This document shows, piece by piece, positions 34,806-44,573 of a stretch of 64,000 nucleotides of DNA. A model generated the notes under the pieces. It was not told where the DNA came from, made no database searches, and saw only the letters and a list, made by a program, of their open reading frames with translations. The position numbers were made by a program, and so were the translations under genes. Source of the DNA: a virus (lineage: Duplodnaviria > Caudoviricetes); the IMG/VR virus record IMGVR_UViG_3300042366_000756, positions 1 to 64,000 of that record; one strand, 5' to 3'. How positions within the stretch are numbered: the first letter of the stretch is position 1; the number at the start of each line of letters is the position of its first letter.

Positions 34806-35534
34806 ATGGATTATAACAATCAGGCACATCATGACGAAAATGCAAACGTTTGGTTTACAAAGGATAGATCAGAGACATCAAGCAACAGGGTTGGCACAAA
34901 ATCATTAAAAAATGGCATAGTTGTTGAAAACCTGGCTTTAGGGGTTAATGTTTACAAAAATACATTTTCATTAGAAGATTCTAAAAGATATATAAATACA
35001 CTTGAGTCAAATTTAAATAACAATGCAAAGCATAGTTGGTCACAAGCACAAGTAACAAACTCTACCACTCCAATTAAAAAAGCAAGAGACTGTGTAGATT
35101 TTAAATACAAGCAAGAAAATCTTGGACCAAGAGATCAAGATAACGCAGAACTACTAGATCTTCATCAAGAAATATATGAAAAACTAAAATACTGTGTAGA
35201 TGATTATGCTTCATATTGGGGAATAAATATTGTATATTATGAGGCATTCAATTTTGTTAAATATGAAGGAGAAGGATCTCACTTTAATATTCATGCAGAT
35301 CACGGTCCTTTCTATAACTGCACTGTTTCTGCTGTAGTATATATAAACGATGACTATGAGGGTGGAGACTTAAAATTCCCAAGAATGGATAATCTTGTCT
35401 ATAAGCCTAAAGTTGGCGATATAGTTCTTTGTCCGTCAAACTATATCTATGAGCATGCATCACTACCAATACAATCAGGAACAAAATACTGTGTTGTTGT
35501 TATGACAGACATTAATGAGTTAGGACACAAGTAA
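34806..35534 (+). CDS. Prolyl 4-hydroxylase-like 2OG-Fe(II) oxygenase
   Basis: IHAD...YINDDYEGGDL...YEHASLPIQSGTKY. Confidence 0.9.
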   Translation: MDYNNQAHHDENANVWFTKDRSETSSNRVGTKSLKNGIVVENLALGVNVYKNTFSLEDSKRYINTLESNLNNNAKHSWSQAQVTNSTTPIKKARDCVDFKYKQENLGPRDQDNAELLDLHQEIYEKLKYCVDDYASYWGINIVYYEAFNFVKYEGEGSHFNIHADHGPFYNCTVSAVVYINDDYEGGDLKFPRMDNLVYKPKVGDIVLCPSNYIYEHASLPIQSGTKYCVVVMTDINELGHK

Positions 35535-35535
35535 C

Positions 35536-36324
35536 GTGTCCAAAGAATCTAATTCTTTTAAAAATGTAATTAAATTTAAACCATACAGGCCATGGCTAAA
35601 TGATCAAAGTTTTTCTGCACCGTCTCCAACACAAAAAACAATTCCCGAATGGTATAAAAGTGCAGATAGATTTGCCAAAATGTCAAATGGAGAATATTAT
35701 CAAGCACCAAAAGAGGTCTGTCCTTTTCCAAAAGAAGGAACTGTAGATGACTATGGAAAGATTCCAACATGGAAGGCATGCCCAGCAATTTTAGATGCTT
35801 TTTCTACAGGCTATGTTTTAAAAACTCCATGCGACCTTACATTTTTTAAAAATGAAAAAGGAATAATTGATGTTAGAGTGTCTGATCCAAAATACAAAGA
35901 TTTTTGTGGACAAAGACCTGCAATGCCACAATTTGAACATCCTAAAGGATTTTACAAAGATCATTTTGCTTGGTATTCAGATTGGGGATTAGAACTTCCA
36001 GAAGGATATAGTGCATTGTTTATGACGCCAATGAATAGATTTGATTTACCATTTTTAAATACAACTGGAATAGTTGATTCTGATAAAGTTCATATTCTTG
36101 GAACTTTTCCGTTTTTTATTGCAGAGGGTTGGGAAGGAACTTTACCAGCAGGAACTCCTTACTTACAAGTACTTCCTTTTAAAAGAGAAAATTGGGAACA
36201 AAAAATAGAAAATTTAGATCAAAATCAGATGTATGATAAACTAATGGATAATGCAAAAATTTATCGCCAACCAGATGGCGGTGTTTATAAAAATAAAGTA
36301 TGGTCTAAAAGAGAATACATATAA
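35536..36324 (+). CDS. DUF6065-like protein
   Basis: IPEWYK...TWKACPAILDAFSTGY.L.TPCD...TGIVDSD...GTPYLQVLPFKRE. Confidence 0.55.
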   Translation: MSKESNSFKNVIKFKPYRPWLNDQSFSAPSPTQKTIPEWYKSADRFAKMSNGEYYQAPKEVCPFPKEGTVDDYGKIPTWKACPAILDAFSTGYVLKTPCDLTFFKNEKGIIDVRVSDPKYKDFCGQRPAMPQFEHPKGFYKDHFAWYSDWGLELPEGYSALFMTPMNRFDLPFLNTTGIVDSDKVHILGTFPFFIAEGWEGTLPAGTPYLQVLPFKRENWEQKIENLDQNQMYDKLMDNAKIYRQPDGGVYKNKVWSKREYI

Positions 36325-36335
36325 GGAGCAATAAA

Positions 36336-37019
36336 ATGCAAACATGGACAGAAAAAGTTGACCTTGGAAATGGCATCATATGTTATAAAGGGGTTATTAA
36401 AAAAGAATTTGATGTAATAAATAGACTTGAAAGTATTTTGGGCTCTGTTGCGGGGTATGGAGAGTTATCTCCAGAAGGAAATCCATACCACTGGGTACCA
36501 GCATATGTAGGGTATCAACAGTTGATGCCAGACTACAGAGATTGTGTAGATTTTAAATTTAAAAAAACAGATATAGAACATGATACAAGTGAAGATTCAT
36601 TAAAATTACAGGCACTTTGGCAAGATGTTTATGATGCTCAAGCAGTAGCCGTTGAAGATTATTGTAGACAGTTTAGGATTCATAACTTAAAGTATTGGGA
36701 AGCATTTAATTTTATTAAGTATGGGCCAGGACAACATTTCCAAGAGCACCACGATCATGGATTTTCATATAATTGCACTGTCTCATTAGTGGCTTATATA
36801 AATGATGATTATGAGGGTGGAGAGTTAGCATTTAGATTACAAGGTTTGAACGTTAAGCCAGACGCTGGAGATTTATTTGTATTCCCTTCAAACTTTATGT
36901 ATCCTCATAGAGCAATGCCAGTTCATTCGGGAACAAAGTATTCTATTGTTACTATGCTAGATTATAGTAAAAAGTTTCATACTCCAGAAATGTACGATCC
37001 AAAATGGAATAATGAATAA
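36336..37019 (+). CDS. Prolyl 4-hydroxylase-like 2OG-Fe(II) oxygenase
   Basis: EHHD...YINDDYEGGEL...PHRAMPV.SGTKY; close paralog of 34806. Confidence 0.9.
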   Translation: MQTWTEKVDLGNGIICYKGVIKKEFDVINRLESILGSVAGYGELSPEGNPYHWVPAYVGYQQLMPDYRDCVDFKFKKTDIEHDTSEDSLKLQALWQDVYDAQAVAVEDYCRQFRIHNLKYWEAFNFIKYGPGQHFQEHHDHGFSYNCTVSLVAYINDDYEGGELAFRLQGLNVKPDAGDLFVFPSNFMYPHRAMPVHSGTKYSIVTMLDYSKKFHTPEMYDPKWNNE

Positions 37020-37741
37020 TGTTTAATATTTTAGTTGAACAAACTCCTTATTCCAATATGAAGGTTTCTCCAATGTCTATAAAAAGAGATTGGATGGACG
37101 CAACTTCAGAAAAACATGCATATCGTTGTTTTCCAGTAACTCAAGCAAATGTAATTGGATGGAGCATATCTTGTTTAAATGACATATCTTTTATTTGGAA
37201 TGGAATCAATGATCAAACTGGAGACAATGTTAAAATTTTGCAAGGAGAAGAAACTTGTTACACTGGAAGAGGACAGTCAAGTTTAAGTTTTAATACAGGA
37301 TTACATTTTAAAACAACCGAAAATATTAGTTTATTTACAATTAATCCAGTTAATTATTTTAGTGATGATTTTGAAACAATGTCTTCTTTAATAAGTATAT
37401 CTTTTTTTGATAATCCACTTCCTTTAGCAATTAAAGCACGATCTGCAAACAAAGAAATTTTAATAAAAGCGGGAACTCCACTAGCAACAATTATTCCAAT
37501 ATCTTTGGGTGCCTTAAATAATTCAAGTATTGAAATTAATGAATATCAAGATCTAGACAATAAAAAACAAGAAGCAAATAAATCTTATGGGGATGCAGCA
37601 CAAAAAATAAATCAATCTGGAAAATTTACAGATTGGTATAGAAATGCTGTAAATGAAAAAGGAGAATCCATAGGAAATCATGAGGTTAAAACATTAAAAT
37701 TGAAAGTAATTAATAATATAAGGGAACAAATAGATGACTAA
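37019..37741 (+). CDS. DUF6065-like protein
   Basis: RDWMDAT..KHAYRCFPV..AN..GW. Confidence 0.65.
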   Translation: MFNILVEQTPYSNMKVSPMSIKRDWMDATSEKHAYRCFPVTQANVIGWSISCLNDISFIWNGINDQTGDNVKILQGEETCYTGRGQSSLSFNTGLHFKTTENISLFTINPVNYFSDDFETMSSLISISFFDNPLPLAIKARSANKEILIKAGTPLATIIPISLGALNNSSIEINEYQDLDNKKQEANKSYGDAAQKINQSGKFTDWYRNAVNEKGESIGNHEVKTLKLKVINNIREQIDD

Positions 37742-37794
37742 TCCTTTTACAGCCGTTAACCCTTTATTTATAGAATTTCTGGTATAATCTTATT

Positions 37795-38382
37795 ATGCTT
37801 AATCAAATAGAAGATGCTAAAAAAAATAATCAAGCGTTAGTATTTGAAAAATATCAGATGCCAGAAATTACTTGGGAAGATGTTTTGTTATTTTTGTATA
37901 AAGAGTCTTTAGTACCTAATCATGATTTAATTAAAAAAGTAAAAGAAATAAACAATTATGAGGATTTTAATTCAATAGGAAATATTCAGATACAAAGCAA
38001 ATTTTGGCTTTCTCCACAGTCACATAATATATTTAAAGATTTTAATGGGGTATCTGAGTTACTATATAAATTAAATAAATCAAAAGATAACAGTCATTGT
38101 AGATATTATTCAGGAAGGGACCAGTGCTCCTGTGATTCCTGTTGGCATTTTCAAGGGATAAGAATATCTTTATCAAATAGAGTTGTGTCAGACCATCATG
38201 ATCCACACGATATTTTTTATTGGCAAATACTTGGAACTTCTTTTTGGAAAGTAAATAATGACATTACCTATATCTTAAATCCAGGAGATATGTTATATTT
38301 ACCAAAAGAAAGTTCGCATGAAGTTTGGTGTGATGGACCTAGAGCAGGACTACTTATAGATAACCTAAAGGAGATAAAATAA
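37795..38382 (+). CDS. JmjC/Cupin_4-type 2OG oxygenase
   Basis: HHDPHD.F.WQ..G...WKV...L.PGD.LYLP....HEV. Confidence 0.8.
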   Translation: MLNQIEDAKKNNQALVFEKYQMPEITWEDVLLFLYKESLVPNHDLIKKVKEINNYEDFNSIGNIQIQSKFWLSPQSHNIFKDFNGVSELLYKLNKSKDNSHCRYYSGRDQCSCDSCWHFQGIRISLSNRVVSDHHDPHDIFYWQILGTSFWKVNNDITYILNPGDMLYLPKESSHEVWCDGPRAGLLIDNLKEIK

Positions 38383-38386
38383 TACC

Positions 38387-39073
38387 ATGACAGAAGAATA
38401 TGCAAATTCTAATATTGACAGTAATCTAAAATCTATAACTCCGCCAGGATTTTTTGGAGAATCAGCAAACAATATTCAATCAAGAGAAAATTTTATAACT
38501 GAAGAAGAAAGATTATTTTTGTTAAATGCTGCAAAATCAATTACGGAATGGGATAGAACTGAAACACACTATAATGATGACGGAGTGGTGATATATGATG
38601 CATCTTATTGGGACAATAGAGTTGCTTCAAGGCCAATCTTAGAAAAAATAGATCCAGAAATTTCTATTGTAATAGAAAGACTTGTGGCAAGATTAAAAAT
38701 AGAAGTAGATAATTTTTTTAATGTAGATGCAAAACCTACGAGTCCAGCAATAGTTAGGTGGATGCCAGGATATAGGCAAGAACCCCATGCAGACAAACAA
38801 TTACAAAATGGAGAGCCAAATGATTTCCCATGGTATGATTTAGCAGGATTATTTTACTTAAACGATGATTATGACGGTGGAGAACTATATTTTTTAAATC
38901 ATAATGTTGAGTTTAAGCCAAAACCAGGTGCTGCATATTTTTTTCCAGGAGATATTAATTATAGCCATGGCGTAAGAGAAATAACAAAAGGAATTAGATA
39001 TGTTATTCCATTTTTTTGGACAATCTTAGAGCATAAAGGTAAAAAAACTATGACAGATAAGGAAATAGAATGA
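38387..39073 (+). CDS. Prolyl hydroxylase-like 2OG-Fe(II) oxygenase
   Basis: PHAD...YLNDDYDGGEL...HGVREITKGIRY. Confidence 0.9.
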   Translation: MTEEYANSNIDSNLKSITPPGFFGESANNIQSRENFITEEERLFLLNAAKSITEWDRTETHYNDDGVVIYDASYWDNRVASRPILEKIDPEISIVIERLVARLKIEVDNFFNVDAKPTSPAIVRWMPGYRQEPHADKQLQNGEPNDFPWYDLAGLFYLNDDYDGGELYFLNHNVEFKPKPGAAYFFPGDINYSHGVREITKGIRYVIPFFWTILEHKGKKTMTDKEIE

Positions 39074-39828
39074 ACCTAGAAAATAAAAAAAGACTTACAA
39101 AAGACATAGTTATATATGAAAACTTTATTGATAAAGAAACTTGTCAAAAAATGATACAGGCGCTTGACGCACAAGCAGATTCTGGTAAACTATCTTGGAT
39201 GCCTATATCGTTCTATGAATCATATTCATCTGTTCTTCCGCAAGATAATGACCAAGAAGTTTTGGATGCTGGATTAGAGCCAAATATTTTTTCAGATATT
39301 GAAAAGAAAATGCCAGAAGCAATTGCATCTGTTCATGATTTAGATCCAAAGAAAATTTCTAAAATTGGATACCATACACAAAAATGGGAGCCTGGAGCAT
39401 ATGCAAGAATCCACTCTGATAACACAGATGAAAAGGGTAATTCTGGAGCATTTACAAGAAGTAGGTATGCTGGCTTTTTATACTTGAACGATAATTTTAA
39501 AGGTGGACTTTTAAGATTTCCAGATCAAAGCATAGAGATACAGCCAAAGGTTGGAATGCTTGCTGTATTTGACGGGGGATTTAACAATATGCATGAGGTA
39601 TCCCTTATTACAAGTGGAGTAAGATACACAATTGGTTCTTTCTGGGATGACAGAGAAGAATCAGATTATCCACAAGAACTTAGAGACGCCTGGGCAGCAG
39701 AAATGAAAGAAACTAGAGCAAAACAGGAAATTGAAAGAGCCGAATGGCAAGATCTTATTAAAAAGGGATATAAAATTGACATAGATGGTAATAAATATAA
39801 AGTAGAGGAGTTAAATAAAGATGCCTAG
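39070..39828 (+). CDS. Prolyl hydroxylase-like 2OG-Fe(II) oxygenase
   Basis: IHSD...YLNDNFKGG.L...HEVSLITSGVRY. Confidence 0.9.
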   Translation: MNLENKKRLTKDIVIYENFIDKETCQKMIQALDAQADSGKLSWMPISFYESYSSVLPQDNDQEVLDAGLEPNIFSDIEKKMPEAIASVHDLDPKKISKIGYHTQKWEPGAYARIHSDNTDEKGNSGAFTRSRYAGFLYLNDNFKGGLLRFPDQSIEIQPKVGMLAVFDGGFNNMHEVSLITSGVRYTIGSFWDDREESDYPQELRDAWAAEMKETRAKQEIERAEWQDLIKKGYKIDIDGNKYKVEELNKDA

Positions 39829-40480
39829 TTTTTTAAAAAAAGAATTTATAGACAATAACTTTAGCGTTGTTGATATAACAGATGATATTTTATTAGTAGA
39901 AAACTTTATTTCTCAAGAAGAGTTAAAAGAAATTTTAAATATTATTAACACAACAGATGAGGAAGAGTGGCTTGTTGCATATAAAGAAAGTTTGGCTGAA
40001 TTTTGTTTATTAAAGTTTGGCTCATCAGATGTTGAAAAAATGGTTGCTGAAGGAAAATATGAAGTAACTAAGGGCTGGGATGATAAAATTCTTAATATAA
40101 ATCAATATCCTATAACTAAACTATTGCAACAAAGAATACAACAACTTGTAGACAAGGCAGATAGCACATTGCAGTTAGGTGGAATGAGTACTCTTCAAAG
40201 AATGCAAGAAGGGGTTGAATTAAAATCTCACGTAGATCAAGACACAGACCCATCTGTTAGATATGCCACAATATTATATATAAATGATGACTATACCAAT
40301 GGAGAACTTTTTTTTGATAACTTTGATATTAAATTAAAACCAAAGCCAGGGTCTTTGCTTGTTTTTCCAGGAGATCCAAAACATAAACATGGAGTAAAGC
40401 ATGTTGGCCCAGGACCAATAAGACAGGTTATTGTTGGTTTTGTGACAGTAAAAGATTTTTATGAAAACAACAAGTACTAA
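39821..40480 (+). CDS. Prolyl hydroxylase-like 2OG-Fe(II) oxygenase
   Basis: SHVD...YINDDYTNGEL...HGVKHV.PG.IR. Confidence 0.9.
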   Translation: MPSFLKKEFIDNNFSVVDITDDILLVENFISQEELKEILNIINTTDEEEWLVAYKESLAEFCLLKFGSSDVEKMVAEGKYEVTKGWDDKILNINQYPITKLLQQRIQQLVDKADSTLQLGGMSTLQRMQEGVELKSHVDQDTDPSVRYATILYINDDYTNGELFFDNFDIKLKPKPGSLLVFPGDPKHKHGVKHVGPGPIRQVIVGFVTVKDFYENNKY

Positions 40481-40491
40481 GGAGATATAAA

Positions 40492-41121
40492 GTGAACAAA
40501 GAAATACTTGAAGAAAAAGTCTATTATTACACAGATGTAATTGAAGACCCAAAAAAACTTGTTGAGGCAATTGAAAGCGACAATAAAGATCCTTGGGGCG
40601 AATGGATGGCATGCAGCGGACAGGCTTATGTTTATGGCACAGACAAGACTATTGCCTTATCAGCAGATGCAGATGAAAAAAATAAATATATCTACAACAC
40701 TTTACAAAAAGCGTTTGATGATGTTGCAAGAGATTATGCAAAGGCACAAGGAATTACAGAAGAGCCAAAACTATTTCCACAATACCCAATAAAAAAATAC
40801 CAATCAGGAACATACATGGGGGCACACTTTGATCAACAAGAAGGAGATGGCCGTCTTAAAGTTTCTTTTGTTATGTATTTAAACGATGACTACGAAGGTG
40901 GAGAACTATCTTTTACTATAGCGTCACCAGATGGAGTATTACAAAACGCTAGTCCAGAGCCAGATTTTGCAGAAGCAGAAAAAAACGGAAACTACACTTT
41001 TGCTATTAAACCAAAAGCAGGAAGCATTATTGTGTTTCCTCCTTCTCCACCATATCATCACACTGCACACTTAGTTAAAAGCGGTGAAAAGATTATGGTT
41101 CCTCAACACTGGATTCATTAA
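40492..41121 (+). CDS. Prolyl hydroxylase-like 2OG-Fe(II) oxygenase
   Basis: GTG start; AHFD...YLNDDYEGGEL...HTAHLVKSGEK. Confidence 0.9.
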   Translation: MNKEILEEKVYYYTDVIEDPKKLVEAIESDNKDPWGEWMACSGQAYVYGTDKTIALSADADEKNKYIYNTLQKAFDDVARDYAKAQGITEEPKLFPQYPIKKYQSGTYMGAHFDQQEGDGRLKVSFVMYLNDDYEGGELSFTIASPDGVLQNASPEPDFAEAEKNGNYTFAIKPKAGSIIVFPPSPPYHHTAHLVKSGEKIMVPQHWIH

Positions 41122-41788
41122 CATTAAAACAGCAATAGTAACAGGAGCCAGCAAAGGAGTTGGCTATGCAACAGTAAAAATTTTATCTGAGAATGGATAT
41201 AAGGTAATTGCTGTTTCAAGAGATTTATCCAAAGTGTCTAATTTAGTTTCTGACAATGTTGAAGTTTATTCTTTAGATATAACAAACTCTAATGAAATTA
41301 AAAATTTTTATGAAAAATATAAAGACATAACTCTTGACCTACTTGTTAATAATGCAGGTGGAGGATCTGGACCTACACATATTATTAATGAAACAATGGA
41401 TAATTTTAGACGGGCTTATGATATAAATGTATCTGGGCCAATGTATCTCTCACAACTCTTTGTTCCATCTATGAAAAAATCCCAATCCCCAACTATTGTG
41501 TTTATTACATCTTTTGGAGGAAAAATCCCTTACCGTGGCGGAGGTAATTATACTAATGCTAAGCGTGGGGAAAGAGGTCTTATAGATACTATGAGACTAG
41601 AATTTCCAGAGTATGGAATTAAGATAACTGAAATTTGTCCTGCTACAATTGATACTCAAAAACAAAAAAGAGAACATGCTCTATCTGCAGAAGATTTGGC
41701 TAATGCGATTTATTGGGTTGGATCTTTGCCCAAACATTTGAATATAAATCAAATAGAGATGTGCCATATCAATAGTAGTAAGTTCTAA
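41084..41788 (+). CDS. Short-chain dehydrogenase/reductase (YdfG-like); start uncertain
   Basis: TGASKGVG, NNAGG, YTNAK (YxxxK). Confidence 0.85.
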   Translation: MKRLWFLNTGFINIKTAIVTGASKGVGYATVKILSENGYKVIAVSRDLSKVSNLVSDNVEVYSLDITNSNEIKNFYEKYKDITLDLLVNNAGGGSGPTHIINETMDNFRRAYDINVSGPMYLSQLFVPSMKKSQSPTIVFITSFGGKIPYRGGGNYTNAKRGERGLIDTMRLEFPEYGIKITEICPATIDTQKQKREHALSAEDLANAIYWVGSLPKHLNINQIEMCHINSSKF

Positions 41789-41950
41789 TTCAGCATATAA
41801 CTTTTGTTTTATATAAGTGCCTAACTCTAAAGTAAACATTTACTTTATTGTTTGAGTGTAAATCTTTGTTTTAATGTTGTGATATACTAAGACTACTTTA
41901 CAATTAGTAAAGCACTAATAATATTTTTTAATAGAAAGTTGGAAAAATTA

Positions 41951-43981
41951 ATGTCGGATACCTTTTCTTTTCGTTTGTCAGATGAGTTTGTAAACAAATA
42001 CTCCACAATCCCAGCACCATTTGGCTTTACAGACGCAGGCTCTAACTCATTGGGAGAAATTACGTTTATAAGAACATATTCCCGAATGAAAGAAGATGGA
42101 ACAAAAGAAAGATGGCATGAAGTTTGTAAGCGGGTAATTGAAGGAATGTATTCAGTACAAAAAAACCATGCTAAAGATAATCGTTTACCTTGGAATGACA
42201 ATAAAGCACAAAAATCTGCTCAAGAAGCCTTTCAAAGAATGTTTGAGTTAAAATGGACACCACCAGGACGTGGTCTTTGGGCATTTGGTACACCCATGAC
42301 TATGGACAAGCGTAACTCAGCATCTCTTCAAAACTGTGCAATGGTATCTACTCGTGATATTGATCGTAATGATCCAGGGGCACTGTTTTCATGGGTAATG
42401 GATGCATTAATGCTTGGTATTGGTGTTGGCTTTGATACAGTAGGTCAAGACAAAGAAATTATTATTCATGCCCCAACAGAGCCAGAAAATGTATGGGAAA
42501 TTCCAGATACCCGTGAAGGCTGGGTAGACTCTGTAAGAATGCTATTAAACTCATATTTGCGATCTAATCAGGCTATACAAAAGTTTAACTATGACCTTAT
42601 CCGTCCTCTAGGTGCCCCGATAAAGGGCTTTGGAGGGGTTGCTAGCGGTCCAGCACCACTCATTGCACTACACGACAAGATCAACACAGTAATTGGCGGT
42701 AGGGCAGGAGAAAAACTTGACTCTCGTGCAATTGTGGATATTGTTAATCTTATTGGTACATGTGTTGTTTCTGGAAATGTTCGTCGTTCTGCTACCTTGG
42801 CTTTAGGACTACCAGAAGATAAAGATTTTATTAATTTAAAAAATGCAGAAGTTTTTCCAGATAGAAATTCATTTAATTCAGAAAATCCAGGATGGGCTTG
42901 GATGTCTAATAATTCTATTTCTGCAGAAGTTGGAACAAAGTATGAAGACTATGTTGATTTAATTGCAGACAATGGTGAGCCAGGATTTATTTGGCTAAGT
43001 GTTGCTAGAGATTATGGAAGACTAGCCGATGCACCAGATTATAAAGATTCTCGTGTTATGGGTTTTAATCCTTGTGCTGAACAGCCATTAGAAAGTTATG
43101 AATTATGTACACTTGTAGAGGTTCATTTAAATCGTCATGAAGATAAAGAAGACTTTCTTCGTACATTAAAGTTTGCATATTTGTATGGAAAAACTGTAAC
43201 ATTAATGCCAACACATTGGCAAACCACAAATGGAATTATGCAACGTAATCGTCGTATTGGAACATCACTAACTGGCATTGCGTCATTTGCAGATACAAAA
43301 GGCATGCCAATAATTCGTGAGTGGATGGACGAAGGGTATAAAAAAATTCGTTCATATGATCACTCATACTCAGAATGGTTATGTGTACGTGAATCAATTC
43401 GTGTAACTACCGTCAAACCTTCTGGCTCTGTATCATTGCTTTCTGGTGCAACTCCTGGAGTTCACTGGGGTCCTGGAGGAGCATTCTATCTTCGTGCTAT
43501 TAGGTTTGGCAATACAGATCCAATGCTTCATTTATTTAAAGCAGCGGGGTATAAAATTGAAGCAGATCTAGTATCTGCAAACACTTCAGTAGTATATTTC
43601 CCAGTAGCATCTGGACATCCAAGATCTGAAAAAGATGTAAGTCTTTTTGAAAAAATTGGTTTGGCAGCAACTGCCCAAAAGTATTGGTCTGACAACGGAG
43701 TATCTGTAACTTTGTCATTTGATAAGGAATCTGAAACTAAACACATTGCTCCAGCATTACATATGTATGAGGGTCAATTAAAAGCAGTTTCATTTTTACC
43801 TATGGGCAATAAAACATATCCTCAACAGCCATACACTCAAATAACAAAAGAAGAGTATAACGCTTACGTTGGAACAATTGGTAAGATTGATTGGTCTGCT
43901 ATCTATGATGGAGTAGAAAATCTAGAAGCACAAGGTGAAGCCTATTGCAGTACAGACGCTTGTGAGATAAAATTATACTAA
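41951..43981 (+). CDS. nrdJ: Class II (adenosylcobalamin-dependent) ribonucleotide reductase
   Basis: RTYSR, PPGRGLW, LQNC, GNVRRSA, NPCAEQPLE..ELC, TTVKPSGSVS, C-terminal CSTDAC; no intein-sized insertion. Confidence 0.95.
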   Translation: MSDTFSFRLSDEFVNKYSTIPAPFGFTDAGSNSLGEITFIRTYSRMKEDGTKERWHEVCKRVIEGMYSVQKNHAKDNRLPWNDNKAQKSAQEAFQRMFELKWTPPGRGLWAFGTPMTMDKRNSASLQNCAMVSTRDIDRNDPGALFSWVMDALMLGIGVGFDTVGQDKEIIIHAPTEPENVWEIPDTREGWVDSVRMLLNSYLRSNQAIQKFNYDLIRPLGAPIKGFGGVASGPAPLIALHDKINTVIGGRAGEKLDSRAIVDIVNLIGTCVVSGNVRRSATLALGLPEDKDFINLKNAEVFPDRNSFNSENPGWAWMSNNSISAEVGTKYEDYVDLIADNGEPGFIWLSVARDYGRLADAPDYKDSRVMGFNPCAEQPLESYELCTLVEVHLNRHEDKEDFLRTLKFAYLYGKTVTLMPTHWQTTNGIMQRNRRIGTSLTGIASFADTKGMPIIREWMDEGYKKIRSYDHSYSEWLCVRESIRVTTVKPSGSVSLLSGATPGVHWGPGGAFYLRAIRFGNTDPMLHLFKAAGYKIEADLVSANTSVVYFPVASGHPRSEKDVSLFEKIGLAATAQKYWSDNGVSVTLSFDKESETKHIAPALHMYEGQLKAVSFLPMGNKTYPQQPYTQITKEEYNAYVGTIGKIDWSAIYDGVENLEAQGEAYCSTDACEIKLY

Positions 43982-43990
43982 GGAGATAAA

Positions 43991-44443
43991 ATGAAAAAAA
44001 TACTAGCATCATTAGCAATTTTTATAGCAGTTGGAGCAGTGCTGTTTTCTATAGATAAACCAAAAGATAACTGCATAAACCTTTATGTTGATTATGGAGT
44101 TTTAGATAATCAAACAAAGTTAGAAAAATGTGTACAATCATCTAGCAGCATTCTTGCTTTAGATGTTTTAAAACAAGCCAATCTTAAAATAGAAGGTACC
44201 AAGAAATATGGACTAGGAGTAGTTTGTAGAGTTAATGGGTTGCCAGATGAAAAGGTAGAGTCTTGTGAAGTTATGCCACCAGAGGATGCATACTGGGCAA
44301 TTATTATTAAAGAAAAGAAATTAATTCCTTTCCCTAAAAGCGAGTGGGGTTGGGGACAACTTGCAATAGATCAACAACTTTTGAGTCCAGGGGATTCAAT
44401 AGGTTTGGTTTGGGCTAATAATAGAAAAGTGGTATTCCCATAA
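43991..44443 (+). CDS. Secreted/membrane-anchored DUF4430 (transcobalamin-C-like) protein
   Basis: N-terminal hydrophobic leader; LDVLKQA...G...YG..VCRVNG.P....YW....W.W...I....L.PGD.IG pattern. Confidence 0.6.
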   Translation: MKKILASLAIFIAVGAVLFSIDKPKDNCINLYVDYGVLDNQTKLEKCVQSSSSILALDVLKQANLKIEGTKKYGLGVVCRVNGLPDEKVESCEVMPPEDAYWAIIIKEKKLIPFPKSEWGWGQLAIDQQLLSPGDSIGLVWANNRKVVFP

Positions 44444-44573
44444 AACTATTAGATAAACATGTAGATCAAAAATCTTATTATAAAGTAATTGTTCAGTTTG
44501 CACTGACCTTGCTTTGTTTACACATAGCCAATATTAAAACAATAGACATTTGGCGTTCTTTAACAGGGCACTA

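Noticed and set aside
41790-41950. Cobalamin riboswitch or NrdR box upstream of nrdJ
   Set aside because: The region is short and AT-rich, with no B12-box (GGGAA/ACUG) architecture or convincing NrdR palindrome
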